From a virus (Duplodnaviria > Heunggongvirae > Uroviricota > Caudoviricetes): 62,341 bases of DNA. The translations under genes were made by a program, and so were the position numbers. Under the pieces are notes generated by a model. That model searched no databases, was not told the origin of the DNA, and saw only the letters and a program-made list of their open reading frames with translations. Shown here in pieces: positions 8,729 to 19,845 of the stretch; position 1 is the stretch's first letter; each line of letters opens with the position of its first letter. Location: the IMG/VR virus record IMGVR_UViG_3300042382_000594. One strand, 5' to 3'.

Positions 8729-11700
8729 TCAATTTGACCAGTTTGACCAGTTTTCGTACGCTTCTTCTTCGCTGGCATAACCAAAAGTAGTAAACCAACC
8801 AACTGCAGCAGCAGGCGCTGGTGGTGATACTGTATTTATAACTGGACCTATTTCTTTAAAATCTGGAGATATAACTCCCCATCCTGGGCTTTGATCAGCG
8901 GATAATTGCCCTACCGCTGTAAGAGTTGTGGTTCTTTCTACAATTGTTACGGGAGAAACAGTAGTCGCTGCATATACAGTGTTCATTGCTGCTTTTGCAG
9001 CAGCTGCTTCTTTATTAGCATTTTCTACAGCTAAAAGAGCTGCCGCATCTGCTGCTTGTTTCTCTACTAATGCAGCAGCTACTTTGGCAGCTTCACCGTT
9101 TGCATTTGCAGGAACTATGTCATATTTTGTATCGACATATTTTTCTTCTGAAGCAATAACTTTCCCGTTTTCAACAGTTTCTGTAATTGTCGATGTAGTA
9201 GTAACTTGAGTTACATTAATCGCATCAGCTTTTAATTTAACTCCGGATATTAATAACGTTACTTCCCCATTAACATAATTAGAAACGCCTGGAAGTTCAA
9301 GATCCTCGTCATTAGTTTTAGTTTTTATTGCTGCGGTCGTATTAATGTTGAATACTCCAGGAATTGTCTCCATTCCGTCGTAATCCTCAGTATCAACGTA
9401 TTTCTGTGCATTAGAAACCGAAGCAGTAATGTCTCCTTTTACCGATGCGGCGGGTCTTGGAGCAACATACATAGGACTATCTTTTGGTAATAAAGCTGTA
9501 GAAACAACGCTTACGGAAACATCAGAAATATCTGTATATACGTCTGGAGTTAAAGCTAATTTCGCAGTGCCTGTAGCATCCCTCCATTTTCCTCCATCCT
9601 GATATTCGCCGCCCTTCCATTTACCCGCATTGCTTGAAGCCATTGTTACTAAGATATCACCGTTATCAAGATACGTAATATTATTAATATTCGTACTTCC
9701 TATTTCAAGGTCTAACCCAACTTTTGGAATTGTTCTATCCGCAACATATTCAACAGTAGTTACTGTATTGGTTCTAGTAGTAACTGGTTCTTTTGCAAAA
9801 AGCGGCGTCGGCGTCGGCGTAGGCGTAGGAGTAGGCGTTGGCGTCGGCGTAGGCGTAGGAGTAGGCGTTGGCCATGGCGTAGCTGCAGGTGGCAAAGATG
9901 GCGTTGGTGTTGGTGTTGGCCATGGTGTTGGTGTTGGCCATGGTGTTGGTGTTGGCCATGGTGTTGCTGGAGGATAATATGGTACCGGTTCTGGTGGATA
10001 ATAAATTAACCCATTTGTTAATTCAAACGAACACGAATTAGCACTTCTTGGTCCAATACCTCCAGTATAATCAAAAATTGCATAATATTTAGATGTAGTA
10101 TATCCAGGAAGACTTGCTCCTGTCATTTTAAGAATATTGTTACCCCAATTCCAATTTTGATCTGTTAAAGTTATGCTAGTGTGATCGGTAGGATATATCG
10201 TTCCACCTTTTGTTGTATCTGATGAAGACATCGTAACCGTGACGTTTCCATCAACTGGGGGAGTTTTTAATTGAATTAAAAACGGAACATCAGCTCTATG
10301 ATCGTTATATTGAGTTCTATCCCCATAACAAGTAATAGCAACAGCTGGCCAAATTACGTTTATAGTATTTCCTGAATCTTTATTTTTCATTGGAACTACA
10401 GTTGTCAAATTATTCCAATCAGTATTCGCGCTAGATGAAGTTAATGTAACATTATAATCTACTATAGTTTCGTGATGTAAATTTGCATTAGTTACACCTT
10501 TTACAATAACAGTTTTCATTACATTCCAAGTATCTTTGGTAAATGTAATTGTGTTTGATGAAACTGCCGTTAACCCATCTTCGGAAACTTGGTAAATTAT
10601 TCCTCCACCAACTATATCATTTGAAGCTGCAGTTATAATAACATTAGATTCTGGTCGTTTACTTATTGATACATCAATAACTTGTGTAGTTCCAAGAGAA
10701 GTTGTAATTCTTGGAGCATTTAAAATAAGCCCATCCGTTGATGATAATTGCGCATTTTGATGAACACGAATTTCTGGATCAGGAGCTAATAATTCTGCGC
10801 CAACAGTAATAGGCACTGTTTCTGTAATTGCATCCCAATTTGAATTAGGAGATTGGGTTGTAACCGTAACAGTAGTGCTTCCTACATTTAAACCAACAAG
10901 CCAATATGTAAATTTCAATATTTGATGATCTGGTTTTAACACAGTTAACACGTTACCAGAAACTACATTAGAAAATTCATAATCGGTATATTCTGAATTT
11001 GTTATTTGCGCAACTGAAGTATTTGCAACAGTTGCAGTAAATTTTAATGGATATGTAGTTATTGAATCAGTCCACCATCCAATATCATTTCCTCCTCCAT
11101 ATGTTACTGTAAAAAATGATTGTCCAGCAACATTTGATACTGATACAGGCGAGACTGATATATATGATGATTTTTCAGCGGCAGGACCTACATTTGGATC
11201 AAATTTTTTGTATGGAACTAAATGGGTTGATGTAACTCCTTTTATAGGAAACGGTCTTAACCAAGATCTTAATGGAACTGCTGATCCACCATAATCGTAT
11301 TGCGGATCAGCAGATGTAGAATAAAATTCAATATAAGATGGTAAATTATTATCGATAAATGTATCGATTTCATCTCCGCCAACTTGACGTCTATTTCCTA
11401 AATTATATGTTAATATTACATTTTGAGGAGTGGACCAAGTATTTTCTGTAAATGTTAATGTAGAATGATTTGTAGTAATTGAACAATTTGACGACATGTC
11501 TTCTGACGCGTTTACAAGAACAGCAACGGTAACAGTTGTATTTGGTTGTTTGTTTAAAAATACAGGAACTGTAATGTTGCCAGATTTTATTGAATCATAA
11601 TCTACGCTATAATCAAATACCTTATAATCGGCGCTTAAAGGTGCAATTATTCCTGCAGTTTGATTAGGAAGACTTGGGGTTACATTTCCAATTTTAGAAA

Positions 11701-14700
11701 TATATGGTTTTCTAATTGAATCTATAACAGTTTGATAATAATTTGTTTTTGCATAGAAAGTTCCATTTGATACAGACATGGCTTTTGATAAATTGTAATG
11801 CGGCGTATCTACAATCGAAATTAATAATTCTCCTGCATCAAAACTTATTATATCATTAGTTAATTGTATTAACCCAGAACATGTTCCAAATCTATTTGAA
11901 TACAACGTCATCCCTTTAACTGGGGCTGTCGACACCTGAACAATTGCAGTATTAGTATTTGCTCCAGTAATTGTAAGCAGATTATTTGCGCTTCGTGGAT
12001 ATCCTTTCCCTGGGTTACTTGTAGTAACAGATTCGATAGCTCCACCGACAACTAAAACGTTAAATTGCGCTGTAGTATTTGCTGTTGCCGAAATAGTTGC
12101 CGTTACTCCGGAATTACTATATCCGCTTCCAGGATTAATAACATTTATTGAACTTATTACTCCTAATGGATTTTCATCCGGAATAACAGAAGAATTCATT
12201 AGATGTCCATTAATATACAAGAACATACGCGAATATGGAGCTAAACCAGTTGCATTAAATTTAATATTAATAGATTTAGTTTTTGGAATTATATTCTGCG
12301 ATAATAGATCTATTTTTGTTGTTTTTGTTACATCAAGAACAGTTTTAATATCATAATTTACATTATTGTAATTTACAGCAACGCTTGATGCCGTAGGATC
12401 CGCAATATATGGGTGAGCTGAAAAATATGTATTCCAATCATTATACATTAATCCAGGAATTCCAGAAGCATTCATAAGATCAGCTGTATCATTAGTGATG
12501 TTATATGTCACTCCAGCTTCTTCAACAAATATATTTCTTTGTGGATCTAAAAATAAATCGCCATTATATGCAACAACATCAAATTGATTAACTCTTGTCC
12601 ATGAAGTTGCTTGATTTTGAACAACAATCTCTGATTCCGTATAATTAAAACCAATTAAATTGGATTTTTTAATTAATTTGGTTTCTCCTGTACCAAAAAA
12701 TGGATATAAATTAAATTCGCCTCTACCAAAAGATGGACGAGCTAAATTATTTTCCAAATCTATAGAAATGTTTCTTCTGCCATATGTTAAATCAACAATA
12801 TTAAAATTGGTAAATGAATCAACTATAAATCCATTTTTTAATCTCGTCCCATATTGATCGTTAATATTTGTTGCCAATGTAGCTTTTTCTGCAATATTTA
12901 ATGCAGTATAATATTCAACATTTTGTATTCTGGTTTCCAAATTACCAATATCGTCCATCGTATATCTACGATGTTTTGCATATTTAATTTTTATAGAAGT
13001 CATATCTGGGGAATATGGATCAAATTCTATTGTTGCAATAGTCATTGCATTAGATAAGTCTTTTGGCGGAATCCAATTTTTATATGAAGAAGCGCCTTTT
13101 AACCAAGATAATTCTCCTTCTTTAGTTAATACTATTTTATCAGTTCTACCAAGATAATAAGACATATTATATGTTAAATTAGAATCAGTAACTGATGATG
13201 GAATCCTATAATCATCGAATTCAATATTATCGAAATTAGTTGAATTTTTTCTACGAGGTCTAAAATCAATATAATCTTTTAGAGAATATTGTGTATTATT
13301 AATATTCACTGTTGGGATTTGATTGTATGTAACTGGGTAAGAATCAAAGGCAATAAATTCTCCATCTGTTGAATGTGTATAGTAATCAAATAACACAAAA
13401 ACAGTTCCAGCATCTGCACTAGATTTCGCTGTAATCGAACCAAAGTCGTACAAATATTCTGTTTGTCCGTTGTTAACTTTAAATTTAGAAGAAACTTTTT
13501 GTAAAACGTTCCAATATTCTGAGTTAATGGAAGGAGAGTTTGAAACGTTTGAATTTTTCGCGGAAATAAATAAATTTTGTCCTTGTCTAACAACGTCATT
13601 TATTCCATAAATGACTCCACTAGTCCAATTACCCGCATATGTAGTTTCATTAAGATTATTAGTTTTAAAAACTCCTTTAAATCTAGCAATATCAGAATAC
13701 CCAATACTTGTTGGATATACTGATGCGCTTACTTTAACTACTTGGTTTTGATTTAAAGTTTTAGTTTTCTTTTGTGTAGAAAGATAATTTAATGGATATT
13801 TTACGTCAATTTGCCCTGAATATCCAGAGTTAAATGTTAATATAGCTTGATATCCACCACCAACGGATTTAACTTCAATATTAACTTCAGATAAATCTAC
13901 AAATTCGCCTGCTGTATATGATCCATTAGTAGATTTAGTTACAACAATGAAATTTTGATTTTTATCTTCAGTTGATAGTGATGGCGAAACCCCTACTGGA
14001 AATTGTTTGTATACAGAATTAGTTGAAATCGTTGCAACATTTGACGTAACTGATAATGTTGTAAATAAATCTAAAGTTATGTCGGCAACGTTTACAGAAG
14101 CAGGGTTAGTATATTCTAATTTAAACAATAATTTATCGAATGATGGGTCTTTTATTACTGTTTGTGAAGAAGTATTTAATATTGTATTAGCAGAAAATCC
14201 TGTAGAACCCATTGCTAATACTGATTTTATATTTGCTACATTTTGTTTAGGAACTGTCATATTATACAAATACAATCCATATTCGTTTGTGGTTGTATAA
14301 TCAATATTTCTAATATATGCGTACCCTAATAGAGAATCTGCAGTTGTTATGCCTTTTGCTGTAGAATATAAAGCTACTTTTGCGCCAAGAGTTGGCGCAG
14401 GCATTAATCCGCTTAAATCTTTAATTCTTATACTATTTCCATAATAAGAATTTGATATTTTCGTTCCTGAATTTGCGGTTTCTCTAGCTTTATCTACTTG
14501 AATATTTGTTGGAAATTTGGCATCAATTGGATATCCATATACATAAGCTTTTCCTGAAGAAATACTACAATTTAATTTTTGTTCTTCGTTTGCAAAATTA
14601 GAATTATTAAATGATAATGTAAAAGGAGAAACAATAAAATTTCCCGCATGATCATATAATTGTTTTGCTAAAACGTGTTCAAGGTCTCCTAAAGTTGGAT

Positions 14701-15760
14701 CCGTATTATCTGAAATAACAATACCATCTTTTATTCTTAACAATTCAATAAATTTGGTTGTTGTTAAATATGTCACATCAATTGTGCCGCCGAGTAATGG
14801 TTTTGACACTAAATTTAAATAAATTTTATATCTATCGGCTCCTGGAGCTGTATAGTTATATGAACCTTGTGCTGGATCAAGTAATGACGTATCATCTATA
14901 AAATCTACCATGGATTCTAGAATTTCAAATCCAATAACGCATGATGGAAATTGCGTCTTATTATTCGGAACAATAGATTGCGGCAAAGATTTCACAAACG
15001 TATTATTTGTAAAATATACTCCAGTATCAACATTTACTTCTAATACAACTCTTGATGCAAATTTAGTTATTTTTAATGGAACGTTAGTATAATCTCTGGT
15101 TAATTGTTTGTTAACGGAAATTATTGAATTTGTATTAACATTGGTTACAATATAATTAACGGAATAATTATCTACTTCTGCAGTAATTACATCTCCAACA
15201 TCGACGATCGACGAATTAATCGTAAATTGTGTAGAATTTATAGAACCAAAGCAATTATTAATTGTTGTAGATGCATCTGATGTTAATGTAGCTGTATAAT
15301 CTGATAATATTGAATTATCTTGCATATATTGATACGCAACATCTTTTCTAGAAAATATTTTTAATATTTCGCCAGAAGCATAATTACTTTGTCCACTTTG
15401 GACAGATTTTACAGTAATATAATAGTTTAATACGTCAATAGAAGTAATTAAACTAATACATTTAGAAGTTTCGCCAATAACATACATTCCAGAAAAATAT
15501 TGAATATCAGTAGCAATATTTCCTATGTTTGCTAAATTTAGAGATTTGACATTTGTATCTATAGAATAATTTCCACCGCTAACAATAGAACCATCTGACA
15601 ACACAAATTTGCCAAATTTGCCAATTTGATCCTGTAATATTGATTGAACTTGCGTCAATTCTCTTGCTTGAACTGCAACTCCAGGTTTAAATAAAATTTT
15701 ATGAAAATTTTTATCTTCATTGAAATCATCATAATATGGTTTTGTATTGAAATTTAACAT
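8729..15760 (-). CDS. DUF4815 (VrlC-like) large virion structural protein with C-terminal Ig-like domains and a PT linker
   Basis: N-terminal FNTKPYYDDFNEDKNFHKILFKPGVAVQARELTQVQSILQDQI; RRYTMDDIGNLETRIQNVEYYTAL; NGFIVDSF. Confidence 0.85.
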   Translation of the reverse strand: MLNFNTKPYYDDFNEDKNFHKILFKPGVAVQARELTQVQSILQDQIGKFGKFVLSDGSIVSGGNYSIDTNVKSLNLANIGNIATDIQYFSGMYVIGETSKCISLITSIDVLNYYITVKSVQSGQSNYASGEILKIFSRKDVAYQYMQDNSILSDYTATLTSDASTTINNCFGSINSTQFTINSSIVDVGDVITAEVDNYSVNYIVTNVNTNSIISVNKQLTRDYTNVPLKITKFASRVVLEVNVDTGVYFTNNTFVKSLPQSIVPNNKTQFPSCVIGFEILESMVDFIDDTSLLDPAQGSYNYTAPGADRYKIYLNLVSKPLLGGTIDVTYLTTTKFIELLRIKDGIVISDNTDPTLGDLEHVLAKQLYDHAGNFIVSPFTLSFNNSNFANEEQKLNCSISSGKAYVYGYPIDAKFPTNIQVDKARETANSGTKISNSYYGNSIRIKDLSGLMPAPTLGAKVALYSTAKGITTADSLLGYAYIRNIDYTTTNEYGLYLYNMTVPKQNVANIKSVLAMGSTGFSANTILNTSSQTVIKDPSFDKLLFKLEYTNPASVNVADITLDLFTTLSVTSNVATISTNSVYKQFPVGVSPSLSTEDKNQNFIVVTKSTNGSYTAGEFVDLSEVNIEVKSVGGGYQAILTFNSGYSGQIDVKYPLNYLSTQKKTKTLNQNQVVKVSASVYPTSIGYSDIARFKGVFKTNNLNETTYAGNWTSGVIYGINDVVRQGQNLFISAKNSNVSNSPSINSEYWNVLQKVSSKFKVNNGQTEYLYDFGSITAKSSADAGTVFVLFDYYTHSTDGEFIAFDSYPVTYNQIPTVNINNTQYSLKDYIDFRPRRKNSTNFDNIEFDDYRIPSSVTDSNLTYNMSYYLGRTDKIVLTKEGELSWLKGASSYKNWIPPKDLSNAMTIATIEFDPYSPDMTSIKIKYAKHRRYTMDDIGNLETRIQNVEYYTALNIAEKATLATNINDQYGTRLKNGFIVDSFTNFNIVDLTYGRRNISIDLENNLARPSFGRGEFNLYPFFGTGETKLIKKSNLIGFNYTESEIVVQNQATSWTRVNQFDVVAYNGDLFLDPQRNIFVEEAGVTYNITNDTADLMNASGIPGLMYNDWNTYFSAHPYIADPTASSVAVNYNNVNYDIKTVLDVTKTTKIDLLSQNIIPKTKSINIKFNATGLAPYSRMFLYINGHLMNSSVIPDENPLGVISSINVINPGSGYSNSGVTATISATANTTAQFNVLVVGGAIESVTTSNPGKGYPRSANNLLTITGANTNTAIVQVSTAPVKGMTLYSNRFGTCSGLIQLTNDIISFDAGELLISIVDTPHYNLSKAMSVSNGTFYAKTNYYQTVIDSIRKPYISKIGNVTPSLPNQTAGIIAPLSADYKVFDYSVDYDSIKSGNITVPVFLNKQPNTTVTVAVLVNASEDMSSNCSITTNHSTLTFTENTWSTPQNVILTYNLGNRRQVGGDEIDTFIDNNLPSYIEFYSTSADPQYDYGGSAVPLRSWLRPFPIKGVTSTHLVPYKKFDPNVGPAAEKSSYISVSPVSVSNVAGQSFFTVTYGGGNDIGWWTDSITTYPLKFTATVANTSVAQITNSEYTDYEFSNVVSGNVLTVLKPDHQILKFTYWLVGLNVGSTTVTVTTQSPNSNWDAITETVPITVGAELLAPDPEIRVHQNAQLSSTDGLILNAPRITTSLGTTQVIDVSISKRPESNVIITAASNDIVGGGIIYQVSEDGLTAVSSNTITFTKDTWNVMKTVIVKGVTNANLHHETIVDYNVTLTSSSANTDWNNLTTVVPMKNKDSGNTINVIWPAVAITCYGDRTQYNDHRADVPFLIQLKTPPVDGNVTVTMSSSDTTKGGTIYPTDHTSITLTDQNWNWGNNILKMTGASLPGYTTSKYYAIFDYTGGIGPRSANSCSFELTNGLIYYPPEPVPYYPPATPWPTPTPWPTPTPWPTPTPTPSLPPAATPWPTPTPTPTPTPTPTPTPTPTPTPLFAKEPVTTRTNTVTTVEYVADRTIPKVGLDLEIGSTNINNITYLDNGDILVTMASSNAGKWKGGEYQDGGKWRDATGTAKLALTPDVYTDISDVSVSVVSTALLPKDSPMYVAPRPAASVKGDITASVSNAQKYVDTEDYDGMETIPGVFNINTTAAIKTKTNDEDLELPGVSNYVNGEVTLLISGVKLKADAINVTQVTTTSTITETVENGKVIASEEKYVDTKYDIVPANANGEAAKVAAALVEKQAADAAALLAVENANKEAAAAKAAMNTVYAATTVSPVTIVERTTTLTAVGQLSADQSPGWGVISPDFKEIGPVINTVSPPAPAAAVGWFTTFGYASEEEAYENWSNWSN
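9800..9970 (-). repeat. Pro-Thr (PT/TPW) low-complexity repeat; GC-rich 6-bp and 18-bp units
   Basis: ggcgtcggcgtaggcgtaggagtaggcgtt and ccatggtgttggtgttgg repeats. Confidence 0.9.
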
Positions 15761-15772
15761 GCCGTTTAAACC

Positions 15773-17143
15773 TTAATAATTAAGCGTTAATCTAAATTGT
15801 TCTAATCCAGAAGAAGTTCTTTGTATTTTTTTTCTATTTTCAATGTATAAAATATTTCCGGAATATGGTATTAATTGTTCAATTGTTTCTTGTAAAACTA
15901 AACGAATAAGTTTTGACGTAGTACCATTTAACGGTTGATTTATAGATATCGTTCCATGAGTATTTATAAGGTATAATAAATTATTTATCGAGTCAAAATT
16001 TAAAACTCTTCCTGAGTATGTTGGATTTAAAAGTTGCCCTTGATATACAATTTCGTCTTGGATATACGCCCCAGAACCTTGTGCCAATAAAACATCGTGC
16101 GTTGCACGATATATGCTAGAATTTGCAAATTGAGCTGTTACGCCAACAGTTATTTCCGGATTAGAAATTAATCCAATCTGTCTATAATCTATATCAGTTG
16201 GTAAAGTGGAACCTTCGGTTTGGTTAAATTCTGTTGTGATAATTATTGTTTTACAACCCAATTCAGAGATTAAATCGTAACCATGCCCTCCAATAGGAGA
16301 AACTTCGGCAATCAATTGCGCTCCATTACCACTATATCCAAAATTTGCAGTTATATTGGCAGTAGCATATGTGTAATTTTTACCAGAATTGGTTACTAAT
16401 ATCTGGGATAATACATTACCAGATATAACTGCCGCAGCTGTTGCGCCTGTTCCATCTCCATCTATGCGTATAGTTGTTGTAGTTCCATTTCCAGAATCAT
16501 CAATATAATTATTTCCGCTATTATAGATATTGATAACCGATATATCTCCGGAACCTAGTATGCTTGTTGATAAGGATTTTCTATGTTCAGCAACAGGTAA
16601 TGGTATCCAATCTTGATCAAAAAATTTTAATTTTGCTCCTGGATCTATTGTATACAGATATTTCCATTTATATCCATCTCCAGTAAAAATAATATTACTT
16701 GTAAAATTGACAGTATAATCTATTATTGGTTCAATAGTGGAAGCAATTCCATTTACATGAATTATGGATTCGCCATTATATAAACATTTAAATACTTGAT
16801 CATATGAATTTCTAACATAATAATTAATTTCGCCTATTCTATTAGAAGAATACTGCCCATAAGTTGTCCCGGATTTCCAATCAATTCTTTTTATTACTGG
16901 ACAAATATCGTTAGAGTTTATCTTTTTAACTGCTACTAAATTTTTATGTATATTTTTTATATAAAAATCTGAATTTTCTGGTAATGGCGGACTTTCTTCA
17001 TTAACCCAGGGATCAACTTTTGCGATAAAACAATATAAATTTAAAAATTCATTACCTGTATTTTTTAATATTAACTCAGGAGAATAATAATATTTTAAAA
17101 TTTCTTTAGAAAATGCGGAATAAGGGATTAAACCTTGACTCAT
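15773..17143 (-). CDS. gp8: baseplate wedge subunit
   Basis: RIDWKSGTTYGQY...YVRNSYDQVFKCLYN...DGYKWKYLYTI; GNILYIENR. Confidence 0.85.
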   Translation of the reverse strand: MSQGLIPYSAFSKEILKYYYSPELILKNTGNEFLNLYCFIAKVDPWVNEESPPLPENSDFYIKNIHKNLVAVKKINSNDICPVIKRIDWKSGTTYGQYSSNRIGEINYYVRNSYDQVFKCLYNGESIIHVNGIASTIEPIIDYTVNFTSNIIFTGDGYKWKYLYTIDPGAKLKFFDQDWIPLPVAEHRKSLSTSILGSGDISVINIYNSGNNYIDDSGNGTTTTIRIDGDGTGATAAAVISGNVLSQILVTNSGKNYTYATANITANFGYSGNGAQLIAEVSPIGGHGYDLISELGCKTIIITTEFNQTEGSTLPTDIDYRQIGLISNPEITVGVTAQFANSSIYRATHDVLLAQGSGAYIQDEIVYQGQLLNPTYSGRVLNFDSINNLLYLINTHGTISINQPLNGTTSKLIRLVLQETIEQLIPYSGNILYIENRKKIQRTSSGLEQFRLTLNY

Positions 17144-17145
17144 AT

Positions 17146-19845
17146 TTACACCGTTGTATAAGTTGTAATAGTATTTGATAACAATTCTTTAATTACTGTA
17201 ATATTTGTTGGATTTAAAGTATTACCATTTAAATTTAATTGATTCGTAAAATAGATTATATTATTTGAAATATTAATAATTTCTTGCGGACTATTATTTG
17301 GAGTAGAAATTGCGTCTCCTACGCGAATAAATGTATTTACAGAATATTTATCAATGTTATAATTATTACCATTTGTTAGTATTATAGTATTTCCTTGAGT
17401 AAAACCGCTATAAACATTAGGAAATTTATATTGAACGAAATCAGTAAGAGTTAATAAATTGCTATCAATATTAATATTGGCAATTGTTGAATAAACATTA
17501 AGGTTAGTAGGACCAGAAATATAAATATGTGTATTAACTGTAAAAATTGTATCGATATCTAAATCGGTAATAATTTGTACTGTATTGGTATAATACGAAT
17601 CTACGTTTTGTATTAATAGTGAGTTTACATTAGCTAATAAATATCCCATTTGGGCTGCAGAATTTTGCGCTAATCTATATGATGTATTTGATTTTAGTAA
17701 ATTCTTAGTAACTAATCTACTACCTATTGGATGTATTAAATTTTCTAACACAGTTTTGTATGAATCGTAACTTTTTTCGGTTGCAATTACATACGTAGAT
17801 AAATTGTATATATCGCTTTGAACTATAGAATATGAAGAAAGTTGGCCATCATTATTTAAATATCTTCCAGAATCTTCTATTAATCCATTTAAAAATTTAG
17901 CTGAAGCTTTAGCAGAACCATCACCATATATTTTTATCCCATTAGTAAATTTGGTATCAGAATAATTTTGTTGTATTATCAACTCAATAAATTCGTTTGT
18001 TTCTGTATTACGCACGAATAATGCAGAATTATTCGCAGATATAGTTCCAATATAATCGTAAACTTGAATAGAAAATAATTTTTCGGAAGTTAATGGATTA
18101 TAATATATTGAATTAATAGAATTTATATTTCCAGTAAATGTAGGTAGCTCATAATTACCCTGATATACTATTGATGTAGTTAAATTTACATCAGAAGCGA
18201 ACTCTAAACCAGAAACAACTATATCTTGTATACGCAAAGATACATTTGGAGCATTTATATAATCTTCTCCGTTTTCTGTTAAAGTTATTTTAGTGATAGC
18301 TCCAATTTTATCAGTTTCTACAGTATATTCAACTCCAGTTCCTAATATTGCTGGTATAGTTAACACAGCATTAGCTCCTGTTGGCGAATTAACGGTCACA
18401 ATAGGCAAATTATCATTCGTATAACCCATGCCTCCTAACCCATAAGGAGTATTTGCGTTATAATAATATCCAACACTAGTTATCGATCCTGAAGATACAT
18501 TAACAGAATTAATTTTTGCAAACGCAAAATTACCATCTCCTCCAGAAATTGTTATGGTATCATTTATGGTATATCCAGTTCCTGGATTAACAATTTTAAT
18601 TTTAGCTAAAATTCCTAAATCTTTTAAATTTTGATTATATGTTTGAATATTTGTATTTGCTGTAAACGTTGATTGAACATTTAAAATTGGCTCTGAAGTA
18701 AACCCGCCGCCACCATTTAACACGGTTATTGCTATTATCGGATATACTGGATATCCGATTAAATTAAAGAAATTACTTAATTGCGTGTTTGCATTTGCGG
18801 TAGAGGAAAAATTATAATTAGCAGCACCAATATTAACAAATAATTGATTTTCAATACAATCATTAGAAATATATGCAACATTAGAACCTAACGACCCATC
18901 AACAATAGAAACTTGACAATCAGCTGTTCCTGATACATCATTAGTAACAATTACGGATGAATTTGGCGCAACTCTATAACCATATCCCCCTTTTGTAACT
19001 ACAATATTTTGAATTTGTCCCGTTGTAATCTCAGAGATTATTGCTTTAGCTCCAATTGGATTGGCTATTTGCGTATTAAGCCCTCCAGTAATTACAACTG
19101 GATCTCCAACTGTATAATATTTACCTCTTCTAGCCGGAACGATATCAATATTAGAAAGAGATCCGATAATTTTTGATGTTAATTTTACTGACCCTACAGG
19201 ATACTTATCTGTGTAAGGGAAATACTCTCCATTAAAAAAATACACAGGGTTATTATCATAATCTAATATTGTAATAGTCTCTCCAGACATAAACAATCTT
19301 TGAATATTTGATATATAAATTTGTATAAATTTTCCATTAACTTTACTTTGTTCTATAGTTGCTATAGATTTTGAAGTTTCTCCAAAGATTTTAAAGTTAT
19401 TAATATGTAAAAAATTTGAATCCGTCGATTTAATTTTTATTGATTTTGGAACTAACCATCTTCCATAACTCGGTCTTAATATAAATTGACTTGTAGGATA
19501 TACTTCCGCGTGAACGTTAAATAATGCTCTAAATAAAAATTTAAACGAATCAGGAATACCTTTTGCTTTATATAATTCTTTAGCTATTTTTATTAATTTT
19601 ACTTTATCTGTTGCTATCGTATCGATATCAGGAAAATACGGCAAAAAATCCTGAGCAAAATAAGGGTAAAATTGTTCAAACCCCGAATCAATATCTAATT
19701 TTTCGCCAAGACCATAAATATCGTATGTATCATCAAACCAATTATAATATGCTTCAAAAAATTGGATAAATCTTGAATATGCTGGGTCATCTGCAATAAA
19801 TGCAGGCAGTTTAGAAGCAAAAATTGTAGAATATTTAGTTGACAT
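17146..19845 (-). CDS. gp7: baseplate wedge initiator (gp7-like)
   Basis: LPAFIADD...FIQFFEAYYNW; YKAKGIPDSFKFLFRALF; position between gp6 and gp8. Confidence 0.65.
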   Translation of the reverse strand: MSTKYSTIFASKLPAFIADDPAYSRFIQFFEAYYNWFDDTYDIYGLGEKLDIDSGFEQFYPYFAQDFLPYFPDIDTIATDKVKLIKIAKELYKAKGIPDSFKFLFRALFNVHAEVYPTSQFILRPSYGRWLVPKSIKIKSTDSNFLHINNFKIFGETSKSIATIEQSKVNGKFIQIYISNIQRLFMSGETITILDYDNNPVYFFNGEYFPYTDKYPVGSVKLTSKIIGSLSNIDIVPARRGKYYTVGDPVVITGGLNTQIANPIGAKAIISEITTGQIQNIVVTKGGYGYRVAPNSSVIVTNDVSGTADCQVSIVDGSLGSNVAYISNDCIENQLFVNIGAANYNFSSTANANTQLSNFFNLIGYPVYPIIAITVLNGGGGFTSEPILNVQSTFTANTNIQTYNQNLKDLGILAKIKIVNPGTGYTINDTITISGGDGNFAFAKINSVNVSSGSITSVGYYYNANTPYGLGGMGYTNDNLPIVTVNSPTGANAVLTIPAILGTGVEYTVETDKIGAITKITLTENGEDYINAPNVSLRIQDIVVSGLEFASDVNLTTSIVYQGNYELPTFTGNINSINSIYYNPLTSEKLFSIQVYDYIGTISANNSALFVRNTETNEFIELIIQQNYSDTKFTNGIKIYGDGSAKASAKFLNGLIEDSGRYLNNDGQLSSYSIVQSDIYNLSTYVIATEKSYDSYKTVLENLIHPIGSRLVTKNLLKSNTSYRLAQNSAAQMGYLLANVNSLLIQNVDSYYTNTVQIITDLDIDTIFTVNTHIYISGPTNLNVYSTIANINIDSNLLTLTDFVQYKFPNVYSGFTQGNTIILTNGNNYNIDKYSVNTFIRVGDAISTPNNSPQEIINISNNIIYFTNQLNLNGNTLNPTNITVIKELLSNTITTYTTV

